A stretch of DNA of 64,000 nt from the NCBI GenBank assembly GCA_002683825.1, contig NYUD01000011.1, forward strand, positions 127,854 to 191,853, written 5' to 3'. The notes under the pieces were generated by a model. That model worked only from the letters and a program-made list of their open reading frames with translations, did not search any database and had not been told where the DNA came from. Positions 40,201 to 51,600 of this stretch are shown here, one piece after another. Both the position numbers and the translations under genes were made by a program. Within the stretch, counting starts at the first letter, position 1. Each line of letters begins with the position of its first letter. Source of the stretch: Planctomycetota bacterium. GTDB taxonomy: Bacteria > Planctomycetota > UBA1135 > GCA-002686595.

Positions 40201-40662
40201 GTCGGCGTGATCGTCGCGCTGGAAGCCCTGGAGATCCCGCTCTCGATCATCGCGTTCATCGGCTTGATCATGCTGGCGGGCATCGTGGTCAACAACGCCA
40301 TCGTCCTGGTCGATCGGATCAACCAGAAACGGGTGGCCGGCCTCGACCTGAGAGAAGCGATCGTCGAGGCCGGGCGGGCGCGCCTGCGGCCGATTCTGAT
40401 GACGACCGCAACGACCGTCCTGGGACTGCTCCCCTTGACCGGCTGGCTGGCTTTCATCCCGGTTATCGGAGCCCTGGGATCCAGTGAAGGGGCTGAAATC
40501 CGCGCCCCCATGGCCATCGTGGTGATCACCGGCCTGGTGTCTTCCACGATCCTTACGCTGCTGGTCGTGCCGACCGTCTACTCTCTGGTCTGCCGGCGTT
40601 CGTCGGTGGGTGCCGTCGCCATCCCGGCCGGCGCGGAACTCGAAGGCGACCTGCTGGAATAG
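37213..40662 (+). CDS. RND-family efflux transporter permease (AcrB/MdtB-like), copy 1
   Basis: TTG start. ...NRPVAISMLMAALVVFGFVSL...LGGLALGIGMLVDNAIVVLESI...LIMLAGIVVNNAIVLVDRI... 12-TM topology. Confidence 0.92.
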   Translation: MAKQRSSSVLSIVTNRPVAISMLMAALVVFGFVSLSKLSVDLLPDISYPTLTVRTTWEGAAPEDVEERVSEKVQEALATLQNLVRSTSISRAGTSDCVLEFDWGTQMTFAVQDVREKLDGVSLPRATERPLILRYDPNLDPILRIGIRVPEGREGLGAQERQSQLIQLRWLAENRTKRELESLDGLAAVQVRGGLEEEIRVRVDPHELAAKRVDPGELASRLAQENINASGGSLLEGSAEYLVRTVNQFRTLKEIEELPVARRGNSTIRVSDVGRVERTFVKREVVSRIGGAESVELAIYREAGANIVDLAQRVKDRLFGTAEQQAFAKRQEAEGKSDHTLGERGMLDFIAWRMRKEMKMELLSDQSVFIRDAVNDVKNAALLGAVLAIGVILVFLRRLSATLIIALSIPISVVVTFAPMFLGGVSLNIMSLGGLALGIGMLVDNAIVVLESITRCREEGDDLKSAAVRGVTEVAGAVTTSTLTTICVFAPIVFVTGIAGQIFGDQALAVVSSLTVSLLVAVMFIPMLASRPLLAGGGASVSSPPPRRPAPPWRGFEWSWSKIFPSLLLFLGRGMLWSGGLFVRFVAALLYLGFRVTSWACRPFARLFQSLWDVLDRVYPRLLRGSLARPFLVPIAALGLLWYSYERLPHLGVELLPEIHQGEFTVYVKFDPVTPLEITDGVMSELDTKIRAIEGVAMTALTAGIEKETLSREIEGSHTARLTVRLEKEGLSVEREEAIADQVRTILSDHPALRSMEVKRPTPFALDSPIAVEIRGYDLNVLEGVAQDVQERLESIDELADVRSTVRPGHPEARITFDRDKMLEFGLDLNQVSSLVRDQILGNVSTRFHEGDERIDIRVQGDEIVLNSLNALYELPVNPSAENPIPLSSVADVAIVQGPAEIRRIGNTRAVVINASSKGLDLGGIASRIDRELADLRAPEEVFVAVGGQKREMDEAQTSMRFALLLAIFLVYVVMASQFESLLQPFVILLTVPLAAVGVIVALEALEIPLSIIAFIGLIMLAGIVVNNAIVLVDRINQKRVAGLDLREAIVEAGRARLRPILMTTATTVLGLLPLTGWLAFIPVIGALGSSEGAEIRAPMAIVVITGLVSSTILTLLVVPTVYSLVCRRSSVGAVAIPAGAELEGDLLE

Positions 40663-40682
40663 CACGCAATCGGAGAGTCGCC

Positions 40683-43600
40683 ATGACCGACAATTCGAAA
40701 CACGAAACCGAACACCTGACGGGTTTCTTCGCCGCGGCCGTCGGGCGCCCGATCGCCTTGGCCGTGCTCTTTCTCACGCTGATCGTCGTCGGTGTGATCT
40801 CCTACCGAGACATCCCGGTGCAGCTCTTTCCTTCGGAGTTCACCGCACCGCAAATCAACGTCTGGATTCCCAACCCCGGCGCCAGCGCGCGCGAAAACGA
40901 AGAGAGGGTCGCGCGACCTATCGAAGAGCAACTGCGCACCCTGGCCGGAATTCGAAACACCGTCAGCCGCTCGCGGGAAAACCTGGTCGAGCTACGGATC
41001 CTATTCGAGGGTTCCGCCGACATGGACCTCGTCCGCGCCGAGGTGCGCGACCGCCTGGAACGGGCCTGGCCCACCCTGCCGGAGACGGTCGAAACCCCGG
41101 GGATGTGGACCGAGTCCGCCGACTCGATGCCGCTTACATTCTTCGGTATCACGGTCAGAGGCGATCCGAGTCGGCGTGATTTCCTGATGGAAAAATACAT
41201 CACGCCACGGCTCGAGGCGATCGATGGGATCGGCAACGTCGATATGTGGGGTGTGCTACGCGACTCGGTGCGCATCATGATCGACGAGGACAAGCTGGCC
41301 GCCAGCGGGGTCGATCTGGGGCGCATCATCGGCCGGCTGTCGCGCGACAACTTCGCCATGCCCATGGGCGAGATCACCGATGGCGGTCGCGAGATCATCC
41401 TGCGCTCGGACATGCGCTTCTCGACCGTCGAGGATGTCGCCAGGTTCCCGATCGGGGACGGGCTACGACTGCAAGACGTCGGCCGCGTGGCAAAGGTCAA
41501 GAGCGTCGGCAACATGATGTCGCTGATCGACGGCGAGTTCGCCTACTACGGGATGGCCACCAAGGACAGCCAGTCCAATGTGGTAGTGACGAGCAACAAC
41601 CTTCGTAAGGCGGTCGAGGAGATCGTGAACGATCCGGCCGTTGACGGAGCCGTGGCGATCAACCTGTTCTTCGTGCAAGGGGACTTCATCGAGGGGGCAT
41701 TGTCACAGCTCAGCGAGACCGCCCTCTGGGGTGGCCTGCTCGCCGTGGTCGTTCTCTTCATCTTCCTTCGCCGCGTGCGCTTGACGTTGTGCGTCGCGGC
41801 CTCGATCCCGGCCTCTGCACTGGTCGCGATCATCTGGACCTACTTCAGTGGCGGATCTTTCAACCTCCTGACGATGGTCGGCGTGACGCTGGTGATCGGC
41901 ATGCTGGTCGATAACTCGGTCGTCCTGGTCGAAAACATCGCGCGCATCCACGACAAGGGCCACGCGCCGCTGCGCGCCGCGGTATTGGGCTCTCGGCAGA
42001 TCGCGCTGGCCGTGACGCTGGCGACCATGACGACCGTCGTCGTCTTCCTGCCGCTGATCTTCATGACGGACAACAAGCAGATGCGCGTCATGTTCGGAGG
42101 GCTCGGCATTCCGCTTTCGATCTCGTTGATCGCCAGCCTCTTCATGGCCATCGTCTTCCTGCCCGCAGTCTCCGGGAGGCTCCTGGGAAGGCGCACCGGA
42201 GCGAATCTTCCCGGAGCCGAGGTACTGAGGATCATCGCAACGATCCCTGTCCGGACCATCGCGTGGTTCGTCGGCGGTCTGAGATACGCGTGGTACCGGT
42301 CGCTGACCGTACTCTCTCTGGTCAATCGAGCGGTTCTTTCGGTGGTCGTGCCGCTACGCTACGTCCTGGCTGCCGGCGCACTCGTGCTCGCGGGTCTCCA
42401 GTGGCTGCTCTTGAGCCGCAACTTCGAAGCGGCTCGGGCGCTCGACTCCCTGGATTTGAACATCGCCTCGAGCGCCGGTCCCTCGAAAGTGGCCGCCATC
42501 GTCTGCGGAGTCGGATTCGCAGCGCTCGCCGTGCTGGGCTTCGCACGCTGGCGCAGCGGCTCAAGAAGGTCGCCCCGGCGACCCGCTCAATTCGTTCCGC
42601 AGGGCAACTCGCTCATCCAGATGATGATCGACCTGAACCAAGCGCTTGTCTCGTGGACCATCAAGCATCGCCTGGCGGCCTCCGTGCTCGCCCTTTTTGC
42701 CTTTAGTACGTACCAGCTGCCGAAGAGCATGATGCAGGTCTCCGCCTTCGGGCAGGACGACGTCGATGACTCCGTGGGCTTCAGCGTGTCCTTCGACGCG
42801 CCCTTCACGCTGGAGGAGGCGGAAGGCGAGGTTCGCATCTACGGCGACAAGCTCGAAGAGTGGCGCGAAGACATCGGTTTCGCCCACTGGAGCGTCCGCT
42901 TCAACGAGCGCCGCGGGCGCTTTTCTCTGTTCTTCGAAGGGCGTCATCAGGAGAAGGAACTCGACCAGGTCAAGGACCGCCTGGAACGGGACTTACCGCG
43001 AATTCCGGGGCACCGGCTGCGCTTCTATCGCGACGACGCGGCCGCCAACAGCACCAGCGTGGCCCGTTTCATGCTCCGCGGCCCCGACTCGCGCGTTCTC
43101 GAGCGCATCGGCACAGAGGCACAGAAGATCCTCGAAGGGGTACGCGGACTGTCCCAGATCTCGAACCCGCTGGACAGCGCACCGGACGTGATCGAGGTAC
43201 AGGTCGACCGAGACATTGCACACGAACTGGGAGTGTCGAGCGAAGCGGTGCAAAACACGATCGCCTGGTCTCTGCGTGGATTCCCACTCCCCCGCTATCA
43301 GGAGAAAGGAAGGGATATCCCACTACTCATCGAACTCGATGAGGCGGAGACCGCGGGGTACGAAACCCTGCGCGACCTCTCGGTGTTCAGCGACAACGGG
43401 TTCGTGCCCCTGGCGGGACTTTCGAACTTCAACTTCACCAAGGGTTCCCGCGGCATCACGCGCCGCAACGGCGAGACGACATTTACGTTGGAGGGCAAGG
43501 TCGATGACCCCCTGCAAATGATCCCGGTGACCGAACGGGCCTACGCTGCTCTGGGCCGACTCGATCTACCGCGCGGTTTCTCGTGGGACCGCAGCGAATC

Positions 43601-44198
43601 GGCCTACAACCGTTCTCGCGACGAGTTGAACGAACTGACCAGGGCGGGTGTCCTCGCACTCTTTTTGGTCTTCCTCTTGATGGCGATTCTGTTCGAGTCG
43701 TTATTGCTGCCGATCTCGGTGCTCTTCACCATTCCGTTCGCAATCATGGGCGCGTGGTGGGCGCTCTTCTTTGCCGACGTCTCGATGGATTCCTTCGGCT
43801 ACATCGGCATGATCATCCTGGCCGGCGTCGTCGTGAACAACGGCATCGTGCTGATCGACCGCATCCACAACCTGAGCATCGTGATGGATCGCTCCGAGGC
43901 GGTGATCACGGGTTGTGGACAGCGCGTGCGGCCCATTCTGATGACCGCCTTGACGACGGTCTGCGGACTGGCGCCCATGATCATCTCCGAGCCGCCCTCG
44001 GGGACGGTGGTCGACTATCGGGCTCTTGCGACGATCGTTGCGGGCGGACTGATCGCAAGCACGTTCTTTACGCTGTGGGTCGTTCCGCTCGCCTATACGG
44101 TTCTGGATGATTTCGGTGGAATCCTGCGGAAACGGATGGGTTGGTGGCTTCGAAAGCCTGGCAAGCACGAGGTCGAAGGCGAGCTGGCGGGGCTCTAG
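40683..44198 (+). CDS. RND-family efflux transporter permease (AcrB/MdtC-like), copy 2
   Basis: ...[21 protein letters not shown]...[21 protein letters not shown]...[19 protein letters not shown]... GGAGAG upstream of the ATG. Confidence 0.92.
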   Translation: MTDNSKHETEHLTGFFAAAVGRPIALAVLFLTLIVVGVISYRDIPVQLFPSEFTAPQINVWIPNPGASARENEERVARPIEEQLRTLAGIRNTVSRSRENLVELRILFEGSADMDLVRAEVRDRLERAWPTLPETVETPGMWTESADSMPLTFFGITVRGDPSRRDFLMEKYITPRLEAIDGIGNVDMWGVLRDSVRIMIDEDKLAASGVDLGRIIGRLSRDNFAMPMGEITDGGREIILRSDMRFSTVEDVARFPIGDGLRLQDVGRVAKVKSVGNMMSLIDGEFAYYGMATKDSQSNVVVTSNNLRKAVEEIVNDPAVDGAVAINLFFVQGDFIEGALSQLSETALWGGLLAVVVLFIFLRRVRLTLCVAASIPASALVAIIWTYFSGGSFNLLTMVGVTLVIGMLVDNSVVLVENIARIHDKGHAPLRAAVLGSRQIALAVTLATMTTVVVFLPLIFMTDNKQMRVMFGGLGIPLSISLIASLFMAIVFLPAVSGRLLGRRTGANLPGAEVLRIIATIPVRTIAWFVGGLRYAWYRSLTVLSLVNRAVLSVVVPLRYVLAAGALVLAGLQWLLLSRNFEAARALDSLDLNIASSAGPSKVAAIVCGVGFAALAVLGFARWRSGSRRSPRRPAQFVPQGNSLIQMMIDLNQALVSWTIKHRLAASVLALFAFSTYQLPKSMMQVSAFGQDDVDDSVGFSVSFDAPFTLEEAEGEVRIYGDKLEEWREDIGFAHWSVRFNERRGRFSLFFEGRHQEKELDQVKDRLERDLPRIPGHRLRFYRDDAAANSTSVARFMLRGPDSRVLERIGTEAQKILEGVRGLSQISNPLDSAPDVIEVQVDRDIAHELGVSSEAVQNTIAWSLRGFPLPRYQEKGRDIPLLIELDEAETAGYETLRDLSVFSDNGFVPLAGLSNFNFTKGSRGITRRNGETTFTLEGKVDDPLQMIPVTERAYAALGRLDLPRGFSWDRSESAYNRSRDELNELTRAGVLALFLVFLLMAILFESLLLPISVLFTIPFAIMGAWWALFFADVSMDSFGYIGMIILAGVVVNNGIVLIDRIHNLSIVMDRSEAVITGCGQRVRPILMTALTTVCGLAPMIISEPPSGTVVDYRALATIVAGGLIASTFFTLWVVPLAYTVLDDFGGILRKRMGWWLRKPGKHEVEGELAGL

Positions 44199-44333
44199 AC
44201 GGCGGATGGATCGGTGGGCCGATAGGCCGCCGGGTAGCGAAATACGCAGGGGCGACTCCTACTCCTGATGACCGCTACCCGTTAGACTCGAATAGTCCCT
44301 TGTCGCGAGGGGCCCCGCCTCCCGATCCTTTCC

Positions 44334-44861
44334 ATGACCCGATCTGTCTCGTCCGCCGACACCCTTTTGCGTCTGCCCCGCGGCCAACGCATCGCCTGCT
44401 GTCGCTCGAGTTACCACTCCGAGTTCACTCGGACCATGCGCGACTCGGCTCTCGAGACCCTGGAGGCAGCCGGGCTCGATCCGCAGGATTTCTTCGAGAC
44501 CGTGGTGCCGGGCGCTTTCGAGCTGCCCATGGTCGCCGGCAGGCTCGCCCGGCGCGAGGACGTTCACGCGGTCCTTTGCTTCGGGTTGATCCTGAAGGGC
44601 AAGACCGAGCACGATCGCCACATCGCCGGAGCCGTGGCCCATGGCTTGATGGACGTGGGGATCGAAACGGAAACGCCGGTGCTGTTCGGCGTCTTGACCT
44701 GCAACACCATCGAGCAAGCGGAGGTCCGCACCCGTCGACGCTCGGAGGGAGGCCTGGACAAGGGGCACGAAGTGGCGAAGGCCGCGATCGACGTTCTGTG
44801 GGCTCTGAAGGAAGCCGCGGGGAAGCCGCGCCCGGAGGAGGCCGAGCAAGAGGTGAAATGA
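44334..44861 (+). CDS. ribH: 6,7-dimethyl-8-ribityllumazine synthase
   Basis: ...[16 protein letters not shown]...[43 protein letters not shown]... Confidence 0.88.
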   Translation: MTRSVSSADTLLRLPRGQRIACCRSSYHSEFTRTMRDSALETLEAAGLDPQDFFETVVPGAFELPMVAGRLARREDVHAVLCFGLILKGKTEHDRHIAGAVAHGLMDVGIETETPVLFGVLTCNTIEQAEVRTRRRSEGGLDKGHEVAKAAIDVLWALKEAAGKPRPEEAEQEVK

Positions 44862-45310
44862 AGAAACGCACTCGTGCACGGGAACTGGCCCTGCAGTCCC
44901 TCTACCAGCTGGATCTCCGCGGCGAGGAGTTTCTCGCGGAAGCGCCCAGTTTCCTGCGCAATCAAGAATCGGACAAGGTCGCGCGGGAATTCGCGATGAG
45001 CCTGGTCCAGGGAACCGCACAGAACGTCGACGGGATCGATGCGGTCATTCGAAACGTCGCGCAAAACTGGGATATCGAACGCATGGCCGTGATCGATCGC
45101 AACGTGTTACGGATGGCGACTTACGAACTCTTGCACTGCACCGATATTCCTCCCAAGGTCGCGATCAACGAAGCCATCGAGCTGGGAAAACGTTACTCGA
45201 CCCAGAATTCCGGGGGGTTCATCAACGGCGTGCTGGACCGGATCAAAGACGCCACGCGAGAGCGGGCGGCTTCCAAGGAAGAAACAAGCCAGACCGTCGT
45301 CGATCGATAG
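44858..45310 (+). CDS. nusB: Transcription antitermination factor NusB
   Basis: [20 protein letters not shown]...[40 protein letters not shown]...[12 protein letters not shown] overlap with ribH. The upstream part of track ORF 44141..45310 is spurious. Confidence 0.92.
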   Translation: MKKRTRARELALQSLYQLDLRGEEFLAEAPSFLRNQESDKVAREFAMSLVQGTAQNVDGIDAVIRNVAQNWDIERMAVIDRNVLRMATYELLHCTDIPPKVAINEAIELGKRYSTQNSGGFINGVLDRIKDATRERAASKEETSQTVVDR

Positions 45311-45320
45311 CCGGATCGCC

Positions 45321-46229
45321 ATGGGGATTTTCGAAAGGCTGAAGAAGAACCTCGTCCGCACACGGACAGCTCTCTCCGATCGCATCAGCGGTCTGTTCCG
45401 AGGCGGACGTCCGATGGACGACTCGCTTCTGGGCGAGCTGGAAGAACTGCTCTACACAGCCGATCTAGGCTCGGCTGCTGCCGATGTCGTGGGCGAGCTC
45501 AAGCGCCGCCATGTGCGAGGTGAGATCCGTGGCGAAGAGGACGTACGCCACAGCCTGCGCACTTCGCTCCTGGAGCGCCTTCAACCGGAAGGTGGCGAGA
45601 TCGATTTCGTCCACCGACCGACGGTGCTCTTGATCGTTGGCGTCAACGGCTCGGGGAAGACGACGACGATCGCCAAGCTGGCTCACCGTTTCCGCTCCCA
45701 GGGCCGTTCCGTTCTTCTGGGAGCGTGCGACACCTACCGCGCTGCGGCAGCAGACCAACTCGAAACGTGGGCCCGGCGCTCGGGCGTCGAAATCGTGCGC
45801 AAGTCGGAAGGTGCGGACCCTGCCGCCGTCGCCTACGAGTCGTTGGCGAGGGCAGGTGAGCTGAGCTGCGAGGTTGTCATTCTCGACACGGCCGGCCGCT
45901 TGCATACCCAGAAGAACCTGATGGAGGAGCTCAAGAAAATCCAACGGGTCGCGGGCAAACAAGATCCCGAGGCTCCCCATGAGGTCTGGCTGGTGCTCGA
46001 CGGCACGAACGGGCAGAACGCGATCCAGCAGGCCAAATTCTTCACCCAGGCGGTCCGTGTCACCGGCCTGATCGTTTCCAAGTTGGATGGAACCGCTCGT
46101 GGCGGAGCACTCTTCGGGATTCAAAAGGAGCTCGATCTGCCTGTCCGCTACATCGGAACCGGCGAGACCGAAGAAAAACTGGAAGTCTTCGAACCCGAGG
46201 CCTTCGTGGACGCGGTGCTTTTGGGGTGA
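45321..46229 (+). CDS. ftsY: Signal recognition particle receptor FtsY (short form, NG domain)
   Basis: ...LLIVGVNGSGKTTTIAKLA...CDTYRAAAADQL...VILDTAGRLH...VSKLDGTARGG... Confidence 0.94.
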   Translation: MGIFERLKKNLVRTRTALSDRISGLFRGGRPMDDSLLGELEELLYTADLGSAAADVVGELKRRHVRGEIRGEEDVRHSLRTSLLERLQPEGGEIDFVHRPTVLLIVGVNGSGKTTTIAKLAHRFRSQGRSVLLGACDTYRAAAADQLETWARRSGVEIVRKSEGADPAAVAYESLARAGELSCEVVILDTAGRLHTQKNLMEELKKIQRVAGKQDPEAPHEVWLVLDGTNGQNAIQQAKFFTQAVRVTGLIVSKLDGTARGGALFGIQKELDLPVRYIGTGETEEKLEVFEPEAFVDAVLLG

Positions 46230-48529
46230 ACTCGAGAACACGGGGGACAGCGCCCGATCCGGCGCAAGGCAAGCTGGCGCAGAGGGTGCTTCCCCTCCTC
46301 CTGTTGCTTCCTGCTGCACTCCTCGCTCTCCCCGGTCCGCTCTCACTCTTGGCCGACGATCCCTTCCCCCACCTGGCCGGCACGGGCTGGACCCTGTTAG
46401 CTTTCGTTCCCCTGGCTGCATGGCTCTTGCTGAACGGCTTGCGGATCGGACAGGGGGCGATCCTGTGCGGGGGGCTCTTGTTCCTCGCCATCCTGACGAG
46501 CCTTCGGGAACTCAGCGATCCGCTCGAAGCACGGCGATCGTTATGTCAGCTACTCTGCCTGACGATCGCGTTCGTCGGCGCGACACAACTCTCCAGGAGC
46601 GGTCGCCGAAGGCTGGAGCTAGGAACGATTTGGCTCTCGATTCTCTGGACCGGTTTCTCGCTCGGTTCTCGACTTGCCGGCTCGGGACACCTCGCCGGAG
46701 TTCTGGGCGATACGGGCTCGCTCTCACAGGCCGCGCTCCCCGGAGCGGTTGTCGGAGGGCTGTATGCCGCGACACGCCGAGGAAGCGCTTCGATACTAGG
46801 GCTCGTAGCGGCCGTTTTTTTCGTCTTGCACGCCGGCTGGACGCCTGTGCTGGCGGGCGGATTGGCGTGGGTAGCGGCCCTCGTCTACACCTCGATGGTC
46901 AGCCCTTGGTCGAAGCGGCACGCGCGACCGCGTCGCATACTCGGCCTTCTTGCCGCCTCCGGAGTGGCGTCACTGATTCTGTTCCACGGGGTGCCGACGA
47001 ATGAAACGGGTGGGGATGGAGGAGGTGTCGTCTTTGCCCAGGAAAAAGGACAGCCGTCCACAAGCCACCTCCAGACCGTGGCGGCGCGTACCCTGGGAGG
47101 ATTCGAAGTACGGGGCCACATCTGGGGACGCACACTGGTCATGCTCGGGGACCATCCGATCCTCGGGGTCGGCCCCGGGCAGTTCCAGGCCGCCTTCCCG
47201 CCCTACCGATCCCCGGCCGAGATCGAGAGCTCGCGACTCGGCGCATGCCGTGAGGAAAACACCGAGGTGGAACACGCACACTGCGATCCACTGCAGGGTC
47301 TGTCGGAGTACGGCCTCTTGGGAGGTGTTCTGTGGCTATGGATCCTGATCCGGGCCGCAATCGCGAGCCGGGCTGCGCTGCGCTCGGGTGATGCGCACTC
47401 GACCGCCCTCGGAGCGGCGGGGTTGGCGCTGTTTCTGAATGCGTTCATGCACACCCCTCTGCTGGCCAACCCGGTGGCAGGACCCCTGGCTTTCGCGATC
47501 TTCGGAGCCCTCGTCGCACGGACCGCCACCTCCCCCGTCTCGCACTCGGCGATCCCACGCATCGTGTTCGGGATCGTCGTCCTGGTCATCACGCTACAGG
47601 CGCCGACCTTGATCCGGCATGGACGGGCACTCGCCGGATACATCGACGCGGTCCGCGAACTCGACGGGTTGGAAACGAAGGGGGAAGACGAGGCCGTACA
47701 GACCGAGCGCCTTTCCCAGGTGGAGGCGGCGCGACGTTCGTTCGAACGTGCGCTCGAAATCGCTCCGCGATCCGCGGAAGCACGCCTGCTGAGTGCTCGG
47801 CACGATGAAACGGAATCCAGGCGCTACGTGGCCTGGCTGGAAGTGCTCGAAGTTCGACCGTACTCCGTGGAGGCACAGGAGGGGGCCGGCATCCTCAAGG
47901 CCCGGGAGGGCAACCTCGAGCTCGCTCGCCATCACCTCCAGCGAGCTTCTTCGCTATCCCCCACGAACCCGCGCATCCTGAAGAACCTCGCTCAGCTCGA
48001 ATTTCGTATCGGGGACCTGGAGCGCGCAAAGGCATGGTTGCAGCGCCTGCGCGCCACGGGCTGCGGCGATCCGGCCTGGCGAACGGGTCTGGGCGCGGAG
48101 CTCGTGCTTAGCGAAGGTCGGATGGAAGCGGGTGGCTGGTTGCTGGGGGGTGCGGAGCTCAGAGATCTCAGCCCCGAGGAACTGCATGCGAGCTACCGCG
48201 ACGAATCCAGCGGCGAAACCCAACGCGTTCGCGACGCTCTGGAGTGTCTGGCCCAGCTCCTGTGGGCCAGACACCACGCCGCGAACGGCTCTTTTGAGCT
48301 CGCCCTGCGCAACTATCGCCAGGCCCAACGTATGAGCCTCGCCTGGAGCGACGCCGGCGCCATCAGCCTGCGCCTGGAGCGGGCCGCCGCCGAAGCTGGC
48401 GCGGGAAGGGCCGATACGGCCCGGGAGGTGCTCGGCCGTCTGCAGCGCGTTCCGGAAAACATCGACGGCCTGAACCTCCCGGACTGGGCCCTCAGAGCTC
48501 TCCCGACGCTCCTGCTTGACGACTCCTGA
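46226..48529 (+). CDS. O-antigen-ligase-family (Wzy_C) polytopic membrane protein with a C-terminal TPR domain
   Basis: About 10 TM segments. ...LGDHPILGVGPGQFQAAF...EHAHCDPLQGLSEYGLLGG... (Wzy_C pattern). The C-terminal ~300 aa is TPR-like (RSFERALEIAPRSAEARLL...). GTGA overlap with ftsY. Confidence 0.75.
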   Translation: MNSRTRGTAPDPAQGKLAQRVLPLLLLLPAALLALPGPLSLLADDPFPHLAGTGWTLLAFVPLAAWLLLNGLRIGQGAILCGGLLFLAILTSLRELSDPLEARRSLCQLLCLTIAFVGATQLSRSGRRRLELGTIWLSILWTGFSLGSRLAGSGHLAGVLGDTGSLSQAALPGAVVGGLYAATRRGSASILGLVAAVFFVLHAGWTPVLAGGLAWVAALVYTSMVSPWSKRHARPRRILGLLAASGVASLILFHGVPTNETGGDGGGVVFAQEKGQPSTSHLQTVAARTLGGFEVRGHIWGRTLVMLGDHPILGVGPGQFQAAFPPYRSPAEIESSRLGACREENTEVEHAHCDPLQGLSEYGLLGGVLWLWILIRAAIASRAALRSGDAHSTALGAAGLALFLNAFMHTPLLANPVAGPLAFAIFGALVARTATSPVSHSAIPRIVFGIVVLVITLQAPTLIRHGRALAGYIDAVRELDGLETKGEDEAVQTERLSQVEAARRSFERALEIAPRSAEARLLSARHDETESRRYVAWLEVLEVRPYSVEAQEGAGILKAREGNLELARHHLQRASSLSPTNPRILKNLAQLEFRIGDLERAKAWLQRLRATGCGDPAWRTGLGAELVLSEGRMEAGGWLLGGAELRDLSPEELHASYRDESSGETQRVRDALECLAQLLWARHHAANGSFELALRNYRQAQRMSLAWSDAGAISLRLERAAAEAGAGRADTAREVLGRLQRVPENIDGLNLPDWALRALPTLLLDDS

Positions 48530-48608
48530 CGGCCCGCCCGGAACTCCCGATCCCGAACTGCCCCCGATCCTCATCAGCGGTTTCCACGTACCCGAGATCG
48601 GCGAAAGG

Positions 48609-51600
48609 CTAGATCTGCGACCGATGAGGGGTGTTCGAACTTGAATCGAGTCGCCGGCTCAGGCCGACGGCGAAGAGCGCGGCAATGGCCAGCGCGCTCA
48701 GGCCTGAGATCCACAAGCCGTTGCGAATCGAGCGCGGCTCGTACCGGAAGACCACCTCGTGCTCGCCCGCCTCCAAGGCGACGCCACGAAAGATCATATC
48801 GGCGGTCAGCACTTCCTTTTTGACACCGTTCACGTACACGTTCCAGCCCGGGAAATCCTGCTCGGTCAGGATCAGTAAACCGTCGCCGTTCAAACGCGCT
48901 CGCATGGAGACTTCGTTGTTGCTGAAGCGCGGTCTGGAGACGTCCGCTTCCGTGAACGGATGTGAGGGGCGCCAATCCTCCTCGATCGCACCGACGGAGC
49001 GGGGATCGAAGCCTTCCGGGTCGCTCCGAAACAGGGTCACAAATTCCTCGAGCGACAGAGCGCGCGGAACGCAAAACGCGCGTGGTAGCGGATCGCGGGC
49101 GCGGTAGATCCACGTTTCCGCACGCGCTTCTTCGTGGTCGGAGTCCGGGCTTGCCACGAGCTCCCATCCCGGATGCTCGAGGGGTGCGCTACATACCAAC
49201 ATCCCCACCCCGTACAGCCGAAAGGCGGGATGGGCGAGGTCGACCCCCCGCGGCGTCCACGCGAGCAGCGCGTTGACGCCGCCCGGCAGTACGTTCTCGC
49301 GATAGAAGTTGAAGGCGGCCACATCCATGGCGTCGTAACCCTGGATCCCGGCCAGCCCCCGGACGAGCCCGGTGTTGGGCGGCATGACATCGGCGTCGGA
49401 AAAGAACCGATAGGGCCCGAGTTCGCGGGCGAGAATTTCCTCGGTCCGGGTCGCCGGGAAAACCCGTTCGCGGGGGACGAGGGGGTTGACCCCGCGGGCA
49501 AAATGAAGCCCCTGCAGGAGCACGAGCCCCGCAACCACCCAGACCGCAAGACCGTCCTCCGCGGCCAGCCACCGCCTCCCCCACCCACCCGGGAAAGACC
49601 GACGGGAACCGCCTCGGTTGCCCAGGAAGCGTGAAAAACGCGCGCCAAAAAGGACCCAGAGCCCCCCGACCAGGAGGAAGGCCAGGGTCAGTGGATCTCG
49701 CTCGACCCCGCGATGAACGGTGAACGCACCCGCGCGACGTACCCCCAGGGGTTTCGATCCTTCGGGGCCGAGAAACTCGACACGCAATCCGAAATGGCCG
49801 TCGGCGAGCACTCCACTCCCGCCCGTGGGGGTCGAGAACCACCGCGCGTCGGCCGGCGCCTCGCTGACGCGCTCGCTCGCCAGGTCGACGGCTCGCGCGC
49901 TGGGCGCGTCGGTGATCGACAGCGGAACCTCGAAGCGCTGCCCGTGCACAGGCTGACCCGTGGCGTCGATTCGCTCGATGACCATGCGCGCACGCTCGAA
50001 GGGCACGGCGGCGGAGACCCACCCCTCGAACGGCACCTCGCGTCCGTCCCGGGCTCCCTCGGGGTAGCACACCATGCCGAACAGCTCATCCCCATCCGGG
50101 ACGACCTGAACGCTCGCCTCCATCTGGGGTGGACCGCCATCGAAGAGCAAGCCGCCGGCAAAAACGGCCAGTGTCACGCCGGCCGCAAAGCGGGCGAGAC
50201 GCCCCGAGGATTCCAGGGCATCGCCGGCGAGTAGCCCCAACATCAGAGCTGAGACCGACGCGCAACGAACCGTCGCACCTAGCCCGACGACGGGAACGAA
50301 ACGATAGAGATCCACCAGAAAAGGGAGTTCGATGGCCAAGAGGAAAGAGACCACGGCGAGACCGCAGATCAGAGCCCGCCGGCGAAGCACGCCCTGCCCG
50401 CCGAGAACACCGGCAAAGGCCAGGAGTAGGACGGGAAAGCTCACCCAGGCGCTCGCATTTTCGACGAAGGTCCCTTCCCCGCGATAACCACCGCGACCCG
50501 GGTGACCGAAAAGGTCGGGCACGAGCGCGAGCTTGGCGCCAACGCCAAGACCCGGGGACAGAAGGAAGCCGATGCCCACACAAGCGAGCGCGAGTCCCAA
50601 AACGGCCGACACCGCTGCCCGCCTTGCGTGTCCATCGTTGTCGGCAGACACGGAGCTCTGGGTAAGGTAGCGGCGGAAGGCCAGCACCACCCCGGCCAGA
50701 ACGACGAGCGCACCCAGCGCTTTGAAATCCACCGAGGCATGTGCCTGGGTGGCGGACAGGTCGCGGATGTATTTCGCAGCCGAGAGATCCAGGTACTCGT
50801 ACACCGGCAGGAGACTCGCGGCGCCGCAGCCCGTACCGATCGCCAGGGCAAAAAGGGCCAGGCACCCCGCGCGCGGATTCCGCATCAGAATCGAGACCGC
50901 CCACGCACCCGCGGCACAGCCCACATAGAACGCGGTCTCGACGTGGCCTCCCAGGATCGCCAGGGCAAAGGCCAGGGCCGCACCGGCACAGGAAAGAAGC
51001 GGCCGACGACGCGGTATCCCCTCGAGGAAGAAGAGCGTCCAGGGCAGGAAGGGTGTCACGTGCCCCAGGGCGTGGTTCAACCAGAGGACCTGATACCCGC
51101 TGAAGCCGAACGCGCATCCGCACAGGAGCGCCCCCGGTCGACCCAACCCCAGGCGGCGCGCCAGGGCATAACCACCCCCGAGGGCCAGGGCCAGCCGCAG
51201 CCAGGCCCCCCACCCCAGCCCCCTGTCGAAAAGCTCCTTGCCCCCCACGGCCTCCAGCAGGACGAGCGGCCATACCTGGGGATCGAGGGCCCCCGCCTGG
51301 GCGTTGCCGAACCCCGGTGCACCGGCGTAGATCCCCGGACACCAAAAAGGCGGATCCCCATCGAGCCAGCTCCGGGCCACCCAGCGGTAGAAGGGATAGA
51401 ACTGCACACCCTGATCGGCCAGCTCGGCGTTCTGGACCGGCTCGGGGTCCAGATGCGCGGCCCAGGGCAGGTGGGCCGAGGCGCCGTCGACGGCCAGGGC
51501 CACCCTCCCCCCGAGAAGGGCCCCGAGGAGGGGTAGGGCGGCGACCACGAGGGCAAAGAGCGCGACGGCCCAGGCCTCGCGCCGCCAGAGGGTGGGCCTC

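Noticed and set aside
44199-44333. FMN (RFN) riboswitch upstream of ribH
   Set aside because: A GGGTAGCG/CGCTACCC stem exists, but none of the conserved RFN segments (…GGGGCAGGGTGAAATTCCC…CCGACGGT…AGTCCGGATG…) is present.
44141-44857. Long N-terminal extension of the nusB ORF (389 aa in the track)
   Set aside because: The extension overlaps ribH in another frame and is Arg/Gly/Pro-rich. NusB homology starts at [16 protein letters not shown] with an ATGA overlap to ribH.
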